From assembly GCA_002269645.1 (NCBI GenBank), contig NIVC01002109.1, positions 1-64,000 on the forward strand: 64,000 nucleotides of DNA, read 5' to 3'. The stretch is from Macrostomum lignano (Eukaryota). Shown here piece after piece: positions 61,927 through 64,000 of the stretch. The notes beneath the pieces were generated by a model. The model saw only the letters and a program-made list of their open reading frames with translations, did no database searches and was not told the origin of the DNA. The position numbers were made by a program, and so were the translations under genes. Numbering within the stretch: the first letter of the stretch is position 1; the number at the start of each line of letters is the position of its first letter.

Positions 61927-64000
61927 AAGGATCCTAAAACCTAAGGATCCTAATAATTGGGCTATCGTCAGTACGTACGAGTTACCCCTGGTAGCTTCAG
62001 TGCCCGAGCGGCAGGACACTGCTGACTACTATACTAATTACTAATAATTTCTAAACTACACAGTCTATTAACACGGCGTTCCACTGACCGAGGGGTTTCC
62101 GGCTTTAATACTGTCTTTCCCGACTAAATACTGCATCACGCTTGTAATAGCCTAGATCTATTCCTGGGGAATCCCCCCTTCTTACTGGGCAATCCACCCT
62201 TTTTACTCAGCAAAACGCTTGTTGTTCGGCAATCCCTGCTTAACTGCACTGGCAAAACGCCCTTTCTATCCAACACGGTCTTTCCAAACTTGCAATCCTG
62301 CTTAAAAAACTAAGACAATAAAACCAGAGAAATCTTAATTTCTAGTAGGTTACTGAGTGTTGAACCCAAACGAAGGAGTTAAAGAAAATGTTTAGTTTTT
62401 CGCCTCATATTTATACTAAATGAAACCTCTCTTTATAGAACTGGGCTCGCGTTACATTCGTTTAAACAATATTTAGTTAAAACAAATTATTCGACTTGCT
62501 AAAGCAGAAGTTACTACGTTAAAACAAATATCATATTAAAACAAAATATTCGTGTAACTGTTATTTGGCGGGAATTTGATTTACAAAAATGTTAATATTT
62601 TCTTAGAACAAAACATGAGCCCAACTGCAGATGTACATTTGACCATTAATTATTTACATGGATAGGCAACTGATAGGCCTACATAACTGAGCATTTAAAT
62701 TTAGACTTCATAAAGCGTTAAAATAGGCTATGTTTGTTAATTTAACGAGGTTTTTGCAACAATCCAATAGCATCACGCATCACTCAAAACTTCAGTTGCT
62801 CAATGTCACTGTCTAGCTTAAAAAGTTCACAAAATCCACATAGGCCATCCCCATAGGGGGGCACCACCATGCTGCTGTCATGGCATCAATAAAGTTGTGT
62901 GAAACAGTCAATTGAAACTATATTTATTAGGTGTAGGCGTAGGGGACAGCCTACTAAGTATAGTGCCTATGGGCTATGGCCCATTAAGTTATTAACCATA
63001 TTAAATATTAGCTAGTAAGCTAGGTGGCCTAGGCCCAATAAGTTGTCTCTAGAGGCTATGCAATTTGATTTTAAAATTTATTAAAATATATTTGATTTTA
63101 CTTAGTTAAAGAAACTATTAATAAGCCTATTTATTTAAAAAAATGAATCAAATGCCAGAAAAACTAGGGATAGGCCTATGCCTATGGAAAGTTTCTTTTC
63201 TAATATTTGGAATAAAAGTTTTTAAGAAGGATACTAAGAAATTTATTATCTAATTCTAAACTAGAGTTAACTATTGACTATTCTAGACTATTGTCATTTA
63301 TTTATGTAATGAAAGATTCTAAATTTTTTATTCAAATGCAAAAAATCGCAAGAGTAAGCCAACACAAGTTTTTTATTATTAGGCCCTAACTTGATTAGGC
63401 TGGGCCTATCTAATCCAATTGTACAACTCTATAAAATAGTCTATATATATAATATGGCTATCCTTTAGTTTCATTTTATTTATTATTTTCAGAGTCTTAT
63501 ATTATTTTTTATCCCCTTTTCAGCATGGCAGGTTGCCTATCTGCTCCGATGACAATTGTCACGATAAGAAATAAGACTATCAAAATATTTGGTGGCCCTG
63601 AAAAGGGCCATTTTATCATTCAGGTACAATTACTGTACACTAGCTGCAAAGAGTGTTCAGGCATTAGACATCATGGCAGACTCAGAAGTCAGTGTTGGGC
63701 ACCAGTCCATTAATAAGCGTTAATCCATTAATAAGCGTTAATAAGCGTTAAGATTTTTCATTAACATTAACGGACTGTCGTTAAGATTTTTTTGAACTAA
63801 CAGATTAACAAATTTGTGTTAAAAATTTTGTGAATTTTGTGAATTTTGTGTAACAATAAATTTATCGTTAACGGTAATGTCTATGTCAATGACCATATGT
63901 CTGACCAAAGACACAAAGAAGGAACAAAAATAGAAGTCTTACAAGAAGTTTAAACATTACGAACATATTTGAGCTTACCTATATCATATGCCTAAATATA

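Noticed and set aside
63525-63713. Possible exon after a tttcag acceptor near the window end
   Set aside because: No recognisable protein motif or partner exon; cannot be supported.

Overview
Eukaryotic (metazoan) genomic DNA with GT-AG spliced genes, AT-rich spacers and a very high load of tandem repeats and transposons. The style is consistent with a free-living flatworm such as Macrostomum, but this is inference and unverified. Genes rebuilt by hand from ORFs and splice sites: a class A GPCR (3' exons), a 6-exon GALNT10-like GalNAc-transferase, a GLTP-family gene, a secreted protein interrupted by TAA-TGA, AP5M1 (AP-5 mu), an 8-exon PIGG, a secreted WSC-(F-type lectin)x3-WSC gene, an orphan two-exon gene, and a myristoylation-motif helical-repeat gene with one in-frame stop. 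Mobile elements: a near-full-length Penelope-like element in GALNT intron 3 (RT + GIY-YIG, long upstream ORF1 with an SGNH-like C-terminus, minimal hammerhead ribozyme, embedded in (GATA)n); an internally deleted P-superfamily THAP element (90-bp TIRs, 8-bp TSD) with a nested LINE fragment; a P-type MITE; two hAT-type MITEs; a 5'-truncated RTE-type LINE; and two SINE-like families. Most introns of the housekeeping genes carry their own private mini/microsatellite, and one in-frame PIGG exon is bracketed by the same minisatellite in inverted orientation. No CRISPR, rRNA or bona fide tRNA genes. Repeat boundaries are approximate.
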